From Gemmatimonadota bacterium (lineage in GTDB: Bacteria; Gemmatimonadota; Gemmatimonadetes; Gemmatimonadales; Gemmatimonadaceae): a DNA stretch of 64,000 nucleotides. Within the stretch, counting starts at the first letter, position 1. The number at the start of each line of letters is the position of its first letter. The translations under genes were made by a program, and so were the position numbers. Location: NCBI GenBank assembly GCA_040389905.1, contig JAZJZK010000008.1, forward strand, positions 215,122 to 279,121. Direction: 5' to 3'. Below are positions 1-9,722 of the stretch, piece by piece. The notes under the pieces are model-generated. The model saw only the letters and a program-made list of their open reading frames with translations. It searched no databases and was not told the DNA's origin.

Positions 1-1013
1 GCCCGCGTCACCGTCGGTGCACTCTTCTCGACAATCGCGCCGCCAGACGTCAGGTCCGCAACGGCGCGATCGAATACCGATAGCGACTCGGCGGTCATCT
101 GCGCGCGCGGTACGTGTGCTTCCACGAGCCCGAGTCGAGCGTTGACGAGTGCGTCGTCACGCAGCGAGGCGAGCACTCCATGTGTCCATGGTGCCGTTAG
201 GGCGAGGCCGTCCGATGCATCGGGTCCGGCGATCGCGTCGAGCAGCAGCGCGGCGTCGGCCACACAACGTGCGAGCGGCCCATGCGTGTCGAGGTACGGC
301 CAGGTAGGAATGACACCCGTGCGCGGAACGAGCCCGAATGTCGGCTTCATCCCGACCACGCCGCAGAACTGCGCGGGGATTCGATTGGAGCCACCGTCGT
401 CGGTGCCAAGCGCGGCGAAGGCGATGCCGCACGAGACAGATACCGCAGAGCCGGCACTCGACCCACCCGGCGTCTTCACGCCAGAGGCATCGTGTGGATT
501 GCGCACCTGCCCCGACAAGGAACTCGTTCCGTTGCCACGATAGGCAAAGTCATCGGCGGCGGTCTTTCCGAGCACGACAGCACCGGCCGCGCGCATGCGC
601 GCGACTTCCACGGCGTCGCTCCGCACGACTTCCGGGAACAGCTGTGACCACTCCTTGCTGGACCCCGTGGTCGGAAGGCCCCGCATGTCGTAGATGGACT
701 TCGCGAAGAGTGGAACGCCGTCAAGCGGCCCGAGGAGAGCGCCACGCCGCGCGCGCGCATCGGACGCGCGGGCGTCATCCATGGCGGTCGCAGACACGAG
801 ATCGACCGCGTGGAGTGTGCCGTTCAAGGCGGTCACGCGACCGAGTGCCTGCTTGGTGACGTCCACTGCCGTCCAATCACCACGCGCTCGTCCAGCCTGG
901 TACTCGACGATGGTGCCGGCGAGGGGATCGGCAAGACGCGCTGGCCACCGCACGAACGGCACGGCGAACAGGGCGCTCAGGTGGCGGAGTGCTTCGCGTC
1001 GGGAGATGGCCAT
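1..1013 (-). CDS. Amidase-signature family enzyme with twin-arginine-like leader; 3' end runs off the window
   Basis: Not in the ORF track; hand translation from ATG at 1013: MAISRREALRHL...GPLDGVPLFAKSIYD...GAVVLGKT...TPGGSSAGSAV...LGTDDGGSNRIPAQFCGVVGMKPTFG (amidase K-cisS-S signature). Confidence 0.9.
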   Translation of the reverse strand, partial: MAISRREALRHLSALFAVPFVRWPARLADPLAGTIVEYQAGRARGDWTAVDVTKQALGRVTALNGTLHAVDLVSATAMDDARASDARARRGALLGPLDGVPLFAKSIYDMRGLPTTGSSKEWSQLFPEVVRSDAVEVARMRAAGAVVLGKTAADDFAYRGNGTSSLSGQVRNPHDASGVKTPGGSSAGSAVSVSCGIAFAALGTDDGGSNRIPAQFCGVVGMKPTFGLVPRTGVIPTWPYLDTHGPLARCVADAALLLDAIAGPDASDGLALTAPWTHGVLASLRDDALVNARLGLVEAHVPRAQMTAESLSVFDRAVADLTSGGAIVEKSAPTVTR

Positions 1014-1054
1014 GACGGCGCTCGAACTGGTTGGCGGAGAATTAGGGCGGCGGA

Positions 1055-1095
1055 AGGTGCGGGCCGCCCTTCGCTGCGCTCAGGGCGACAAAACG
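1055..1095. repeat. Family A palindromic repeat, variant half-unit
   Basis: AGGTGCGGGCCGCCCTTCGCTGCGCTCAGGGCGACAAAACG, near-identical to 16136-16173 and 30521-30558. Confidence 0.8.
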
Positions 1096-1113
1096 ATCGG
1101 AACCGCACGGGCA

Positions 1114-2229
1114 CTATTTTCCGTTCGGAAGCTCGAACCAGAACACGCTCCCAATCGGGTCTCCCGAGTCGATGCTGATCGTTCCCCCGTGAGCATCGAT
1201 GGCGAGCTTGCAGAACGCCAGCCCAAGACCCGCGGAATGATGCGTACGCCTCTCACGCGCCTCGATGGTGCCGAACTTCTCGAAGATTCTCTTTCGCGCT
1301 TCGACCGGGATCCCGCGGCCCTGGTCGTGCAATGCGACCCGCGCTCGGTCCTGCGTACCAACAACCGTGAACCGCACACGACTTCCAGCCGGTGTGTGCT
1401 TGATGGCGTTGCTCAGGAGGTTCTCGATCACGCGGCGCACCAGGTCGGTATCACACTCGACCACGACGTCGCCATCTGCGTCGAGATCGAACACGCGGGT
1501 GCGGTCCATGCCGCTGAGTCGCGCGATCACATCGCGCGTGACGTGGACGAGGTCCGTCGGCGCGCGATTGAGCGGCATCTCGCCCTGTTCGAGCCGACTC
1601 ACGTCGAGGAGTTCGTTGGCCATGTTCCCCAGCGTCTTCGCCGCACGGATGCTCGTGCGAAGGTCATCGCTCGCTTGCGCGCTCACGGATCCCGAGATCC
1701 CCTCCTGGAGAAACTCGAGGTTTCTCGTCAGGGCCATCAGGGGTGATCGCATGTCATGCACCACCATGTTGAACAACTTCTCGCGCAGATCCTCCACCAC
1801 CTGGAGACGTTCATGTTCCTCCACCAGGTCGCGCAGCGCGCGCCTGAGCGTGACATGTGTCTTGACGCGCGCGAGCACTTCGTCGATCTGAAACGGCTTG
1901 GTGATGTAGTCGACGCCGCCTGCCTCGAACGCCTTGACTTTGTCAGCGGTATCCGTGAGCGCGGTGAGGAAGATGATGGGCACGTCGCGCGCGACGTCCA
2001 GCGTCTTGATGTGTGCGCAAACGTCGTAGCCATTCATCGCCGGCATGTTGATGTCGAGCAGGATCAAGTCGGGCGGATCGCGCTCGACCGCTTGAATGGC
2101 CTGTCGCCCATTGGTCACGGGCCGGACCTCATACCCATGCCCGCCCAGCAGGCTCGCGAGCAGTCGCAGGTTCTCGACCCTGTCGTCTACCACGAGGATG
2201 GTCGCCAGCGGCGCCGGGTCGGAATGCAT
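1114..2229 (-). CDS. Hybrid response regulator-histidine kinase (REC-HisKA-HATPase)
   Basis: ILVVDD, DLILLDINMP and KPF receiver motifs; H-box VVHDMRSPL; NLLSNAIKH; GLGLAFCK; start chosen at MHSDPAPLAT. Confidence 0.92.
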   Translation of the reverse strand: MHSDPAPLATILVVDDRVENLRLLASLLGGHGYEVRPVTNGRQAIQAVERDPPDLILLDINMPAMNGYDVCAHIKTLDVARDVPIIFLTALTDTADKVKAFEAGGVDYITKPFQIDEVLARVKTHVTLRRALRDLVEEHERLQVVEDLREKLFNMVVHDMRSPLMALTRNLEFLQEGISGSVSAQASDDLRTSIRAAKTLGNMANELLDVSRLEQGEMPLNRAPTDLVHVTRDVIARLSGMDRTRVFDLDADGDVVVECDTDLVRRVIENLLSNAIKHTPAGSRVRFTVVGTQDRARVALHDQGRGIPVEARKRIFEKFGTIEARERRTHHSAGLGLAFCKLAIDAHGGTISIDSGDPIGSVFWFELPNGK

Positions 2230-2304
2230 CCTGAAGGATACGGGTAAATCCTCGACCTGTGCAGTGCTGGCTGTCCGAAGCCCGCACGCGCACATTCGTT
2301 GCCG

Positions 2305-5300
2305 ATGACCGGCCTCCTGGATTGGCTCGAATCAGTGTTTGGCCAGATCCCCCTCCCGCTGCTGGATGTGTGGGGGCGCTTCAGCTTCGCGATCGGTGTG
2401 GTTCTCGCCATTTGCGCGTTCGGCGGATTCACCTTCCGCGTTGGAGGCGCGTGGCGGCTCGGTCGCGAGCGGCAAGCGTGGGACGGACGCGCCGTTCTTG
2501 CGATGCCGCTCACCTTCCTCCTCATCGTCGGAAGCGGTTACATCGGATCGTTCATCGTGCTGGTGCCCGGCGCCCAGACGTTCGAATCGCTCAAGGACCT
2601 GATCGTCCTCGTGTGCCTCCTGCTGTTCGGCTACCCCGCGCTCATCACCGTCCCATTTGCCTACGCGCTCGCCGATCTCGTCGAAGGTGTGCCGCCCGAT
2701 TTCCTCCTCGCGTGGCTGCCGGGCTACTTCATCAATCCAGCGTGCTTCTGGATCGCGTACCAGCTCCTCGGGCGCGATCCCGACTTTCGACGGCCGCGCA
2801 CCTGGGCGGGATACGCCGCTTTTGTCGCGCTCTTCATGTCGATCGAACCGGTGCTCTGGGGATACATCTGCTCAGGCAAGTTCACGCCGGAGTTCTCGTA
2901 CCGCACCATTACGCCCGCGCTGCTGCTCACCACGAATATCACGTGGGTCATCGCGCCGTTTGCGATGCTCGGCGCCTTACCGCTCGCGCGGCGCCTCCGC
3001 GCGTTCTGGGCCGAGATTCCACTACACGTGCGCGAGCGGGCATTCGGGACCGACGAGTGGAGTTGGATCGTTGGCCCGGACAGCGTGCCATCGGCGGCCG
3101 ACGACAAGTCGCGCGCGCTGCCCGTTCGCATGTACATCCTCGTGCCGTTTGTCACGCTGATGTTGGTGGTCGTCCTGGCGACGGCGTACGTGACACTCAA
3201 GAGCGGGGAGGACGACGCGACCAGGCTCGCCGTTCGCTTGCACGAGGAGATTGCGGCCAACATCGACCTGCAGCTCGACGACTATCTCGACCGTCCGCCC
3301 ACGAACACGCCGGTCGGCGAGGGCATCGGGACGCTGCTGCGAGCACTCAGTATCTCGCGAACGGGCCGCGCATTCATCGTCGATCGTACACGGCGCATCG
3401 TCGCGTCGTCCGCGCCGGCGGGGGACGCAGTCGTCGCCGGAACGATCGCCAGCCTCCCGCCGTCGCCACCGACCGTCGCCGTACCCACGTCGCAACGAGA
3501 ATGGCGATTCGATCACGTTACGCCGCAGCCCTCCCGTGAAACGTGGTTGGCGCGCGCCGCGCCGTACGCGGGCCGTCACGGTGAGCACGCCGACTGGGTC
3601 ATCGTCACCGTGATGCCCGAGGCCTACTACCTCGCCGGCATTCGTGAGGGCAACAGCCACTCGGCAATCATCTCCGCGCTTGCGCTGCTCATGTCGGTCG
3701 CCGTGGCGGCGCTACTCGCGTCGATGGTGACCGCGCCGATTCGACGCATTGCACGCGCGGCAGGCGCTCTCTCGAGTGGCGACCTCTCCCAGCGCGCACC
3801 GCCGAGCCGATTCAATGAACTCGGCGCGCTCGCCGATTCATTCAACGAGATGGCGTCTCGCCTCACGGCGTCGTTCGATGAGTTGCGTGTGAGTGCACTC
3901 GAGGTGAGCCGGCACCGCGACCACCTCGAGGAGCTCGTCAGGGAGCGAACGCACGAGCTGCGTGCCGCCAAGGATGTGGCCGACGAAGCCAGCCATGCAA
4001 AGAGTGTGTTCTTCGCCAACATGTCGCACGAGATCCGAACGCCAATGAACGCGGTGCTCGGATTCGCGCAGGTTCTGGAGCGGAGCACATCCCTCGGTGC
4101 GGCGGATCGCGCGCACGTCCAGATCATTCTCCGCAGCGGCGAGCACTTGCTCAGCCTGATCAACGATGTTCTCGACATGGCGAAGATCGAGGCGGGCCGT
4201 CTTACACTCCGCTCGTCGACCTTTGACCTGCACGCCCTGTTCGACGAAGTGCATCGCATGATCGGCTTGCGTGCGCGCCAGAAGGGGCTGCGCTTCGATG
4301 TCGAGCGTGCGTCCGCGGTGCCGCGCTATGTCACGCTGGACGAGGAAAAGCTGCGACGAATCCTCTTCAACCTCCTGGACAACGCCGTCAAGTTCACGAG
4401 TGACGGCGCGGTGACGATGCGCATGGACGTGCTGTCGCGCGAGGGCGAAGCGCGTCTCATCGTCGAGGTCGAGGACACGGGGCCGGGCATCCGCTCGGAG
4501 GAGATCCCGCTCGTGTTCGAGGCCTTCGCGCAAACTGCGGTCGGCGCTGCGTCGCGCGAAGGGACGGGACTCGGCATGCCGCTGAGCCTGGAGTATGCGC
4601 GATTGATGGGCGGCGATCTCGTGGTCAGGAGCGAAGCCGGGCGCGGTTCCGTGTTTCGCCTCGACATTCCAGTGGCGTCGGCGGAGGCAGCGAGCGTGCA
4701 CGCCAACACCGGCGCGCGACGCATCATCCGCATGGTCGGCCCCGAGCGTCTCCGCATCCTCGTGGCCGACGACAACCGCGACAATCGCATGCTGATCGCC
4801 ACCTTGCTCGACGACGTGGGACTCGAATACCGGGAAGTCGCCAATGGCGCCGAGGCGCTCGCCCTATGGGAGACATGGCAGCCGCATGTCATCCTCATGG
4901 ATCTCCGGATGCCGGAAATCGACGGCTACGAAGCGACTCGGCGCATTCGGTCCATGGACACGGGCCGCAGGACGAAGATCATCGCCGTCACAGCGAGCGC
5001 GCTCGATCAGAAACCGGAGCGTGCACGCGACGCGGGTGTCGACGCGTTCGTCTGGAAGCCGTTCACAGCAGAGCAACTGTTCGAACAGATCGCCGCCATG
5101 ACCGGTCACGCGCTCGAGTACGCGGACGACGTTCCCGCCCCCACCGGGGAGAACCTGACGCGCGATCGCGTAGCGACCGTCGATCCCGAGCTGCGGGCGC
5201 GCGCTCGCAGCGCCGTCGAGCGCGCGGACGCACGTGGGCTCGCCCATGCGATCGACGAGATGGAGGCTCGGGATCCCGATCTCGCAGACGCGCTGCGCTC

Positions 5301-5346
5301 ACTGGCCCACGGCTACGAATACGACAGACTCATGGAGCTTCTTTAG
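2305..5346 (+). CDS. Multi-pass membrane hybrid sensor kinase (TM domain-HAMP-HisKA-HATPase-REC)
   Basis: Many hydrophobic segments; HAMP (NELGALADSFNEM); H-box NMSHEIRTPMN; NLLDNAVKFT; GTGLGM; receiver ILVADD...MDLRMP...KPF. Confidence 0.92.
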   Translation: MTGLLDWLESVFGQIPLPLLDVWGRFSFAIGVVLAICAFGGFTFRVGGAWRLGRERQAWDGRAVLAMPLTFLLIVGSGYIGSFIVLVPGAQTFESLKDLIVLVCLLLFGYPALITVPFAYALADLVEGVPPDFLLAWLPGYFINPACFWIAYQLLGRDPDFRRPRTWAGYAAFVALFMSIEPVLWGYICSGKFTPEFSYRTITPALLLTTNITWVIAPFAMLGALPLARRLRAFWAEIPLHVRERAFGTDEWSWIVGPDSVPSAADDKSRALPVRMYILVPFVTLMLVVVLATAYVTLKSGEDDATRLAVRLHEEIAANIDLQLDDYLDRPPTNTPVGEGIGTLLRALSISRTGRAFIVDRTRRIVASSAPAGDAVVAGTIASLPPSPPTVAVPTSQREWRFDHVTPQPSRETWLARAAPYAGRHGEHADWVIVTVMPEAYYLAGIREGNSHSAIISALALLMSVAVAALLASMVTAPIRRIARAAGALSSGDLSQRAPPSRFNELGALADSFNEMASRLTASFDELRVSALEVSRHRDHLEELVRERTHELRAAKDVADEASHAKSVFFANMSHEIRTPMNAVLGFAQVLERSTSLGAADRAHVQIILRSGEHLLSLINDVLDMAKIEAGRLTLRSSTFDLHALFDEVHRMIGLRARQKGLRFDVERASAVPRYVTLDEEKLRRILFNLLDNAVKFTSDGAVTMRMDVLSREGEARLIVEVEDTGPGIRSEEIPLVFEAFAQTAVGAASREGTGLGMPLSLEYARLMGGDLVVRSEAGRGSVFRLDIPVASAEAASVHANTGARRIIRMVGPERLRILVADDNRDNRMLIATLLDDVGLEYREVANGAEALALWETWQPHVILMDLRMPEIDGYEATRRIRSMDTGRRTKIIAVTASALDQKPERARDAGVDAFVWKPFTAEQLFEQIAAMTGHALEYADDVPAPTGENLTRDRVATVDPELRARARSAVERADARGLAHAIDEMEARDPDLADALRSLAHGYEYDRLMELL

Positions 5347-5360
5347 GCTAGTGGCCACAA

Positions 5361-5508
5361 TGTCATCCCGAGCGAAGTCGAGGGATCTGCACGTTCAGTC
5401 TGGGGTTGAGGTGCAGACCCTCTCGACTCGCTTCGCTCGCTCGGGGTGACAACTCTGGAATTGGCAGCCTGCCTTGAGCGCAATCGAATGGGCTCGCTCG
5501 GGGTGACA
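5361..5508. repeat. Family A palindromic (REP-like) repeat plus a trailing half copy, between convergent genes
   Basis: TGTCATCCCGAGCGAAGTCGAGGGATCTGCAC-loop-GTGCAGACCCTCTCGACTCGCTTCGCTCGCTCGGGGTGACA (5361-5451); GCTCGCTCGGGGTGACA again at 5492-5508. Confidence 0.9.
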
Positions 5509-5548
5509 ATCGTGAAATCGGCAGTTTCAGGTGGCCGCTTGGCTAAGG

Positions 5549-8197
5549 CTAGTGTCCGAGTTGCCCGTTCCCGCGCGAGTGCCGCAGAGCGTCCTGCACC
5601 ACGGCGTCGAGTTCATCGCCCGTGAACGGCTTCTCGATGAACAGCTGGAGACCCGGAGTGCGGCCCTGTCGCTGGAGCGTGTCGGCGGTGTAGCCAGACG
5701 TGAGCACGACGGGAAGCGTCGGGCGCTCGACGAGAAGGCGCTCCATCAGCTCGTGTCCGCCCATCTCCGGCATGATCGTGTCGGTGATCACGACATCGAC
5801 GTGCGCTTCCCGGAGGACGTCCAGCGCGGCCACGCCATTCTCTGCGTCGAGCACGGCGTAGCCGGAGCGCGCGAGCAATCGGCGCGTCAATTGGCGTACG
5901 ATCGGGTCGTCCTCGACCACGAGCACAATCGCCGACGCAATCCGGGGTTCAGCGACCGGTTCCGCTTCTGGCTCAACAACGCGCGCGCCGCCTTCGAACT
6001 GCGGGAGATAGACCTTGAAGGTCGTCCCGTGCTCTGGCTCACTGTACACCCAGATGTTCCCCTCGAGTTGCTTCACGATGCCGAACACCGTCGACAATCC
6101 GAGACCCGTACCGCGTCCCTCCGGCTTGGTAGTGAAGAACGGTTCGAAGATGCGTGACTGCGTCGCTGCGTCCATGCCCGCTCCCGTGTCCGTAATGGTG
6201 ATGACGACGTATTGCCCAGGACGTGCCGCGTGCTGCTCGGCGTGCGTCCCCGTCAGCGAGACACGCGACGTCTCGATTGAGAGGCGGCCTCCGTCAGGCA
6301 TCGCGTCACGCGCGTTGATGACGAGATTCATGACGACCTGCGACAACTGGCCGCGATCGGCGAGCACCGGGAGAAACTCGGCGTCGAGCCGAACGGCGAG
6401 CTCGATGTCCTCGCCGATGACGCGATTGAGCATCGAGCGGATGTCGCGCACGACGTCACTCACGTCGACGACGTGGCGCTCCATCACGCGGCCGCGGCTG
6501 AACGAAAGGAGTTGGCTCGTGAGATCGGCGGCTCGATCGGCTGCCTTCTCGATCTCGCCGATCATCGGCGTGAGCGCAGGGTCGTCGTCCACCGCCGCGA
6601 GCAGGAGCGAACTGTAGCCACGCACCACGGTCAGGATGTTGTTGAAATCATGTGCGACGCCACCGGCAAGCATGCCCATGGCCTCCATCTTCTGTGTCTG
6701 ACGCAGTCGTTCCTCCAGGAGTTTTTGTTCGGTGATGTCGAGCCACGCGCCGATGACCCACACGGTCTGTCCCGCGCTGCCACTCGCCAGGCGCTGTTCC
6801 TCGCGAAGCCAGCGATACCGCCCGTCTTTGTGCCGGAATCGATAATCCTTCGAGACGGCGCGATACGATGCCGGTGCACGCTCCTCGTCGCTCCGATGAT
6901 CGTCGTCCGGATGCACATGCGTCCGCCACCATTGCGGGGCGTGCACTTCGGCCAGGTCGTAGCCGAGCATGTCGGTGACGTTGTGGCTGATCCAATCGAG
7001 CACGGGACCGTCTGGCGTGACCTGCAGCTCATATAGCACCGCACCGCTGGAGCCGATGACACGCTCGAGGCGCTCCTCGGCGTTGACCAGTTCGTGGATC
7101 TTCGCTTCGAGCGCGGTCCGCGTCGTTTCCACGCGGTCAGCCATGTCGTTGAACGCGACGCCAAGCGCACCGAGTTCGTCGCTGCGGCGCACCTCAACAC
7201 GCTTGGACTCGTCGCCGGCATTCATGCCCTCCGCCGCGGTCACGAGTGAGGCGATCGGGCGCGTCAACGTGCCACTGACGTGCCACGCACCCGCGCCAGC
7301 CAATACCAGCAGCACCAGGGTGAAGAGCGCGAGGCGCCAGAGCATCGTGCGCGCTGGGGCGAGAATGAGATCGAGCGGATACTCCAGCGCGAGCGTCCAC
7401 GGCGTGTTGCGAATCCCGACGGCCGATGCGAGCACGGGAGTTCCCGACGGCCGCTCGTACTGTACGACTCCCTTCTGCTCGCTGGTGCCAGGTGGAAGTG
7501 GTTCGACGACGACGCCCAGACTCGTCCAGCGGTCTCCGCGAGTGTTGCCGATGAGCAGGGTCGCGCCGGCGCCGACGAGGTTCCGCAAGGGAGCTGCGGT
7601 TTGCGCGGACGCGACCACGCGTCGTCGCTCGACGAGGTAGCCCCAGAGCGTCGCATCGGCGAACACCGGTGCGATGATCGAGAACCCGAGGTTGTTCGCC
7701 GGTCCGCCAATCCATCCGATCGCGGGAGTGGTGTGCCCCGAGAGGAGCGTGATCAGCGCGTGCGCGTCATCGCGTTCGAGTGCTGGGATTGAGCCATTGC
7801 TGGTCATGACGCGACGTCCGGTCGCATCCCACACCTCCACGCTGCCGAACGAGCTCTTCGCGATGGGCCGCGCGGCGAGTTGCGCGAGGGCATGGCGTAG
7901 CTGCGCCGTGTCGCCGTCAGCAAGGTGGCGCACGACGGCGGAGTCCTTCGACGCGGTGAGCTGTGCGTCCAGCAATTGCTTCGCGGAGGCCGCATAGCCA
8001 TCAGCAAGCTGGTGGGACACATGTTCGGCGCGCTGACTTTCCGCGGCGATCGCCGAACGGCGCACCTCGCGATATGACGCGGCGGCGATCACCGAGACCA
8101 CGATGAGTACGAGGACGATGGCTGACGCAGCCAGCCGCTCACGAATCGAAATCGACCTCCTCGCCTGTCGATCGTCGTGGATCGTGTCTCGAGTCAC
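5549..8197 (-). CDS. Hybrid sensor kinase (periplasmic sensor-HAMP-PAS-HisKA-HATPase-REC)
   Basis: Two TM segments; HAMP; PAS (VHPDD, YRFRHKDGRYRW); AGGVAHDFNNIL; FEPFFTTK...GTGLGL; C-terminal receiver. Confidence 0.93.
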   Translation of the reverse strand: MTRDTIHDDRQARRSISIRERLAASAIVLVLIVVSVIAAASYREVRRSAIAAESQRAEHVSHQLADGYAASAKQLLDAQLTASKDSAVVRHLADGDTAQLRHALAQLAARPIAKSSFGSVEVWDATGRRVMTSNGSIPALERDDAHALITLLSGHTTPAIGWIGGPANNLGFSIIAPVFADATLWGYLVERRRVVASAQTAAPLRNLVGAGATLLIGNTRGDRWTSLGVVVEPLPPGTSEQKGVVQYERPSGTPVLASAVGIRNTPWTLALEYPLDLILAPARTMLWRLALFTLVLLVLAGAGAWHVSGTLTRPIASLVTAAEGMNAGDESKRVEVRRSDELGALGVAFNDMADRVETTRTALEAKIHELVNAEERLERVIGSSGAVLYELQVTPDGPVLDWISHNVTDMLGYDLAEVHAPQWWRTHVHPDDDHRSDEERAPASYRAVSKDYRFRHKDGRYRWLREEQRLASGSAGQTVWVIGAWLDITEQKLLEERLRQTQKMEAMGMLAGGVAHDFNNILTVVRGYSSLLLAAVDDDPALTPMIGEIEKAADRAADLTSQLLSFSRGRVMERHVVDVSDVVRDIRSMLNRVIGEDIELAVRLDAEFLPVLADRGQLSQVVMNLVINARDAMPDGGRLSIETSRVSLTGTHAEQHAARPGQYVVITITDTGAGMDAATQSRIFEPFFTTKPEGRGTGLGLSTVFGIVKQLEGNIWVYSEPEHGTTFKVYLPQFEGGARVVEPEAEPVAEPRIASAIVLVVEDDPIVRQLTRRLLARSGYAVLDAENGVAALDVLREAHVDVVITDTIMPEMGGHELMERLLVERPTLPVVLTSGYTADTLQRQGRTPGLQLFIEKPFTGDELDAVVQDALRHSRGNGQLGH

Positions 8198-8339
8198 CTG
8201 GTCCTCCCTGTGAACGTCTCAAACTCGATCTCGTGCTCGAGTTGAAACTCGGGGGTCGGCGCGCCGCGCCACAGTGGACCTTGGTGTATTGAACTTTGGT
8301 ACAATCCCCTCGGCGGTGGTGCGTCGCCGGGTCGTCAGG

Positions 8340-8960
8340 TCACGCCCGCAAGGCGGCGACGCGATCGGTGAACCTGACGAGGTCGGCCACGGAGCGCGCC
8401 GCCAGTTTTTGCATGACCCGCGCGCGATGCACCTTGACGGTCTGTTCGACGACGCCGAGCTGCATGGCGATCTCCTTGTTCAGCAGCCCGGCGGTCACGT
8501 GAAAGAGCACTTCCTGCTCGCGGCTGGTCAACGTGGCGAGGAGCGCTTCCAGGGCCTCGAGCTCTGCGCGTCGCTCGCGCTGTTCCATCGATCGCGTCAA
8601 CGCGCTCTGAATGGCATCACGCAGCGCGTCCTTGTCGAATGGCTTCGTGAGGAACTCCACGGCGCCCGTCTTCATGGCGCGCACGCTCATCGGAATGCTC
8701 CCAGAGCCGGTCATGAAGATCGTCGGAACCTGCACGTTCCCCTTGTCCAATGCGGCAACCACATCGAAGCCGCTGTCGCCGCCGAGCATGACGTCGAGCA
8801 CGAGACACGCCGGCCGGTCGGGACGCGAGAACTGGAGGAACGCGTCGGCCGAGGAGAACGACTGTGCCGCGAATCCCAACTGCTGCACCATGCGGCTCAC
8901 CGTGTCGCGCATGACGTCTTCGTCATCTACTACGAAAACGATCGGTTCAGATGAGCGCAT
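8340..8960 (-). CDS. FixJ/NodW-like response regulator (REC + LuxR HTH)
   Basis: VFVVDD, CLVLDV, AMKTGAVEFLTKPF, LTSREQEV...NKEIA...TVKVHRARVMQKL. Confidence 0.93.
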   Translation of the reverse strand: MRSSEPIVFVVDDEDVMRDTVSRMVQQLGFAAQSFSSADAFLQFSRPDRPACLVLDVMLGGDSGFDVVAALDKGNVQVPTIFMTGSGSIPMSVRAMKTGAVEFLTKPFDKDALRDAIQSALTRSMEQRERRAELEALEALLATLTSREQEVLFHVTAGLLNKEIAMQLGVVEQTVKVHRARVMQKLAARSVADLVRFTDRVAALRA

Positions 8961-9010
8961 CGGGGTCCAACCAGCTCAGAGGAGACCGCCCACCAGGCGG
9001 CTCCTCGAAG

Positions 9011-9589
9011 CTACCGAGCCCGCGTGCCAAGCGCCATCTGCCCCATCAGCCATTCGTTGGCGACGGTATCGATGACGAGGTGGACACGTGCCGAGGTTCC
9101 GTCGTTCCGCACCGAGTGTGGGTCGGAGAGGCGGAGGTACCAGCACTCTCCCTCGGACATGACGACGCGTCGCTGATTGAGCAGGAATGTCACGCCCGGA
9201 TTCGTCGTGATGGGGATGTGGATCCGCGCATGTCCAGCTTCCGCCGACAGATCGTGATCCGTGTGCTCGAGGATGACCGAGCCGGCATCGAGGCTCATCA
9301 GACGCACGGCGTGCAGCGGGCACTCGAATGCACCGAGCACCGACTGGAAGTACGGGCAGCGAGCGAGAACGGGTGTATCACGGAAGTCCGTGCACGTGGG
9401 GTCGGAATAGATCATCTGGACGGGATGCGTTGCGTACGCCGGTCCGCGCAACGCGATGGCGGACCACGAGCCCTCGTAGTTCCGTTTCACGAAATGATCT
9501 GTCCAACCGATATCGGCGGCGATTGCGAGATCGGTGCGCAAACGAGCAGGGTCGAACGAGAAGGGCAGGCGGACGGCGTCAGGGATCAC
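9011..9589 (-). CDS. Aspartyl/asparaginyl beta-hydroxylase-like Fe(II)/2OG dioxygenase
   Basis: RLMSL..GSVILEHTD (HxD), RIHIPITTN, PHSVRN...RVHLVID; GTG start at 9589 chosen because the ORF upstream of it is repeat-derived. Confidence 0.8.
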   Translation of the reverse strand: MIPDAVRLPFSFDPARLRTDLAIAADIGWTDHFVKRNYEGSWSAIALRGPAYATHPVQMIYSDPTCTDFRDTPVLARCPYFQSVLGAFECPLHAVRLMSLDAGSVILEHTDHDLSAEAGHARIHIPITTNPGVTFLLNQRRVVMSEGECWYLRLSDPHSVRNDGTSARVHLVIDTVANEWLMGQMALGTRAR

Positions 9590-9606
9590 AAAAGGCCGGT
9601 AAGAAT

Positions 9607-9695
9607 TGTCACCCCGAGCGAGCGAAGCGAGTCGAGGGGTCTGCACCTCAACCCAGACAGAACGTGCAGATCCCTCGACTTCGCTCGGGATGACA
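9607..9695. repeat. Family A repeat (opposite orientation to 5361)
   Basis: TGTCACCCCGAGCGAGCGAAGCGAGTCGAGGGGTCTGCACCT...GTGCAGATCCCTCGACTTCGCTCGGGATGACA; loop also similar to the 5361 copy. Confidence 0.9.
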
Positions 9696-9722
9696 TGCGG
9701 GGGGTGGACGAAGTCAGGATAG

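Noticed and set aside
142..1746. Plus-strand ORFs 142-543 and 694-1746
   Set aside because: Antisense shadows of the amidase and hybrid kinase
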